From the NCBI RefSeq assembly GCF_003334255.1, contig NZ_QOWU01000267.1: a stretch of 312 nt of DNA; one strand, 5' to 3'. Origin of the DNA: Escherichia coli. GTDB taxonomy: Bacteria; Pseudomonadota; Gammaproteobacteria; Enterobacterales; Enterobacteriaceae. Under the pieces are notes generated by a model. The model ran no database searches and was not told the DNA's origin. It saw only the letters and a program-made list of their open reading frames with translations. Both the position numbers and the translations under genes were made by a program. Position 1 is the first letter of the stretch; each line of letters begins with the position of its first letter. Shown piece after piece: positions 1 to 312 of this stretch.

Positions 1-135
1 TACTGCTTCAGAAAGTTCAGCAAAATCCATCTGGTAAAGTTCCATCAGATAAGTCAGCACGATATTCTGGTGAACGCAACTGCCATACTTATCCGTCAGT
101 GTGATGGATTTACCAGTCAGCTCAATATCTGTCAC
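1..135 (-). CDS. 5' end of a protein-coding gene (3' part lies beyond the window's left edge); hypothetical protein, start codon uncertain
   Basis: Seen in sequence: the minus-strand frame with codons at 144..142 down to 3..1 is open for 48 codons after an in-frame TAG (147..145): F L A V T D I E L T G K S I T L T D K Y G S C V H Q N I V L T Y L M E L Y Q M D F A E L S E A V. The other two minus frames each contain several stops across 1..156. Candidate starts are GTG 135..133, GTG 60..58, ATG 45..43 and ATG 30..28; none has a strong Shine-Dalgarno (best is a GGA about 10 nt upstream of ATG 30..28). Codons are enterobacterial-like (CTG x5, GAT, GAA, AAA), whereas the same-phase plus-strand ORF uses rare codons (AGA, ATA x2, CTA, GGA) and is Cys/His-rich. 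The end coordinate assumes the most upstream candidate start, GTG at 135; no hydrophobic signal-peptide-like N-terminus is visible. Confidence 0.55.
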   Translation of the reverse strand, partial: MTDIELTGKSITLTDKYGSCVHQNIVLTYLMELYQMDFAELSEAV

Positions 136-149
136 TGCCAGAAACTACC

Positions 150-176
150 AAAAAAACGCCTGCACAAGGCAGGCGT
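150..176 (-). terminator. Rho-independent (intrinsic) transcription terminator oriented for minus-strand transcription
   Basis: Seen in sequence: on the minus strand, 5'-(A)CGCCTGC-CTTGT-GCAGGCG(T)-3' (stem 175..169 pairing with 163..157, 7 GC-rich bp plus an optional A176-U156 pair; 5-nt loop 168..164) followed immediately by TTTTTTT (156..150). On the plus strand the same hairpin is preceded by an A7 run and followed by tggtgtaaaaaggg, which is not U-rich, so it is essentially unidirectional. It lies about 33 nt downstream of the TGA stop of the upstream minus-strand CDS. Confidence 0.8.
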
Positions 177-208
177 GGTGTAAAAAGGGAACAGCGTATT
201 CCGGTTAT

Positions 209-312
209 TCAGTCCTGGTTAAGCGTACCATTACACTGCACCGGGACGTAATCCAGAGCCTGCAGCAACTGCTCATCTGTCAGATCCAGAAAATCTTTGA
301 TTTCCTCCAGAG
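209..312 (-). CDS. 3' end of a protein-coding gene (5' part lies beyond the window's right edge); hypothetical protein with acidic C-terminal tail ...LEEIKDFLDLTDEQLLQALDYVPVQCNGTLNQD*
   Basis: Seen in sequence: the reverse complement of 212..310 reads ctg gag gaa atc aaa gat ttt ctg gat ctg aca gat gag cag ttg ctg cag gct ctg gat tac gtc ccg gtg cag tgt aat ggt acg ctt aac cag gac, then TGA (plus-strand tca at 209..211). The other two minus frames hit stops within about 30-40 nt of the window edge. Codon usage is typical of highly used enterobacterial codons (CTG x6, GAT x4, CAG x4). The only competing frame (plus frame 1, 184..312) has no ATG, GTG or TTG start. An intrinsic terminator sits about 33 nt downstream of the stop on the same strand, as expected for a gene end. 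Confidence 0.7.
   Translation of the reverse strand, partial: LEEIKDFLDLTDEQLLQALDYVPVQCNGTLNQD

Noticed and set aside
3-104. Plus-strand frame 3 open reading frame ending at TGA 102..104
   Set aside because: It has no start codon in the window, the translation (LLQKVQQNPSGKVPSDKSARYSGERNCHTYPSV) is not protein-like, and it overlaps the better-supported minus-strand CDS.
1-183. Long plus-strand open frame (frame 1, 60 codons, YCFRKFSKIHLVKFHQISQHDILVNATAILIRQCDGFTSQLNICHCQKLPKKRLHKAGVV, ending at TAA 181..183)
   Set aside because: It has no in-frame ATG in the window, uses rare enterobacterial codons (AGA, ATA x2, CTA, GGA), has a Cys/His-rich low-complexity composition, and reads straight through the terminator hairpin. 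It is in the same codon phase as the minus-strand gene, which is the classic antisense shadow-ORF pattern.
149-183. Bidirectional terminator function (termination of plus-strand transcription as well)
   Set aside because: On the plus strand the hairpin is followed by tggtgtaaaaaggg, which lacks a U-tract; only the minus-strand orientation has the hairpin-plus-U7 structure. No convincing plus-strand gene ends here either.
136-208. Possible sigma70 promoter for the downstream minus-strand gene within the intergenic region (TTGTGC at 167..162 as a -35, TAGTTT at 147..142 as a -10)
   Set aside because: The spacer between the two hexamers is only 14 bp (the optimum is 17 +/- 1), the putative -35 lies inside the terminator loop and stem, and the -10 match is weak. 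There is no credible promoter here.
184-312. Plus-strand open frame (frame 1) across 184..312 (KGTAYSGYSVLVKRTITLHRDVIQSLQQLLICQIQKIFDFLQ)
   Set aside because: It begins right after a TAA and contains no ATG, GTG or TTG start anywhere in the frame. It is antisense to the better-supported minus-strand CDS, which has typical codon usage and a downstream terminator.
1-312. Recurring short motif tcag/gtcag on the plus strand (about 8 occurrences) as a possible repeat or binding-site array
   Set aside because: The occurrences are irregularly spaced tetramers or pentamers and correspond on the coding (minus) strand to CTG-A/CTG-AC codon contexts (Leu-Thr, Leu-Asp and the like). They are explained by codon usage and are not a structured repeat.
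1-312. Assigning a specific gene name, prophage or toxin-antitoxin identity to the two minus-strand genes
   Set aside because: I do not recognise either peptide fragment with confidence, and 312 bp gives no flanking context. Naming a family or system would be invention, so products are left as hypothetical with empty gene symbols.

Overview
All three supported features lie on the minus strand, and nothing in this 312-bp window can be defended as a novel system. Reading the minus strand 5'->3' (window positions 312 down to 1): (i) the 3' end of a protein-coding gene (codons 310..212, TGA stop at 211..209) encoding an acidic, probably helical C-terminal tail, ...LEEIKDFLDLTDEQLLQALDYVPVQCNGTLNQD*; (ii) a textbook rho-independent terminator (stem 5'-CGCCTGC-3' / 5'-GCAGGCG-3', 5-nt loop, then a 7-U tract) at 176..150; (iii) the 5' end of a second gene whose open frame begins directly after the terminator (frame bounded by an in-frame TAG at 147..145, candidate starts GTG 135..133, GTG 60..58, ATG 45..43, ATG 30..28) and runs off the window at position 1. 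Codon usage of both minus-strand frames looks enterobacterial (CTG, CAG, GAT, GAA, AAA), while the long plus-strand ORFs are antisense shadows. I do not recognise either protein, so products are called hypothetical and gene symbols are left empty. The main oddity is that the downstream frame opens only about 14 nt after the terminator U-tract, with no convincing promoter or Shine-Dalgarno in between.
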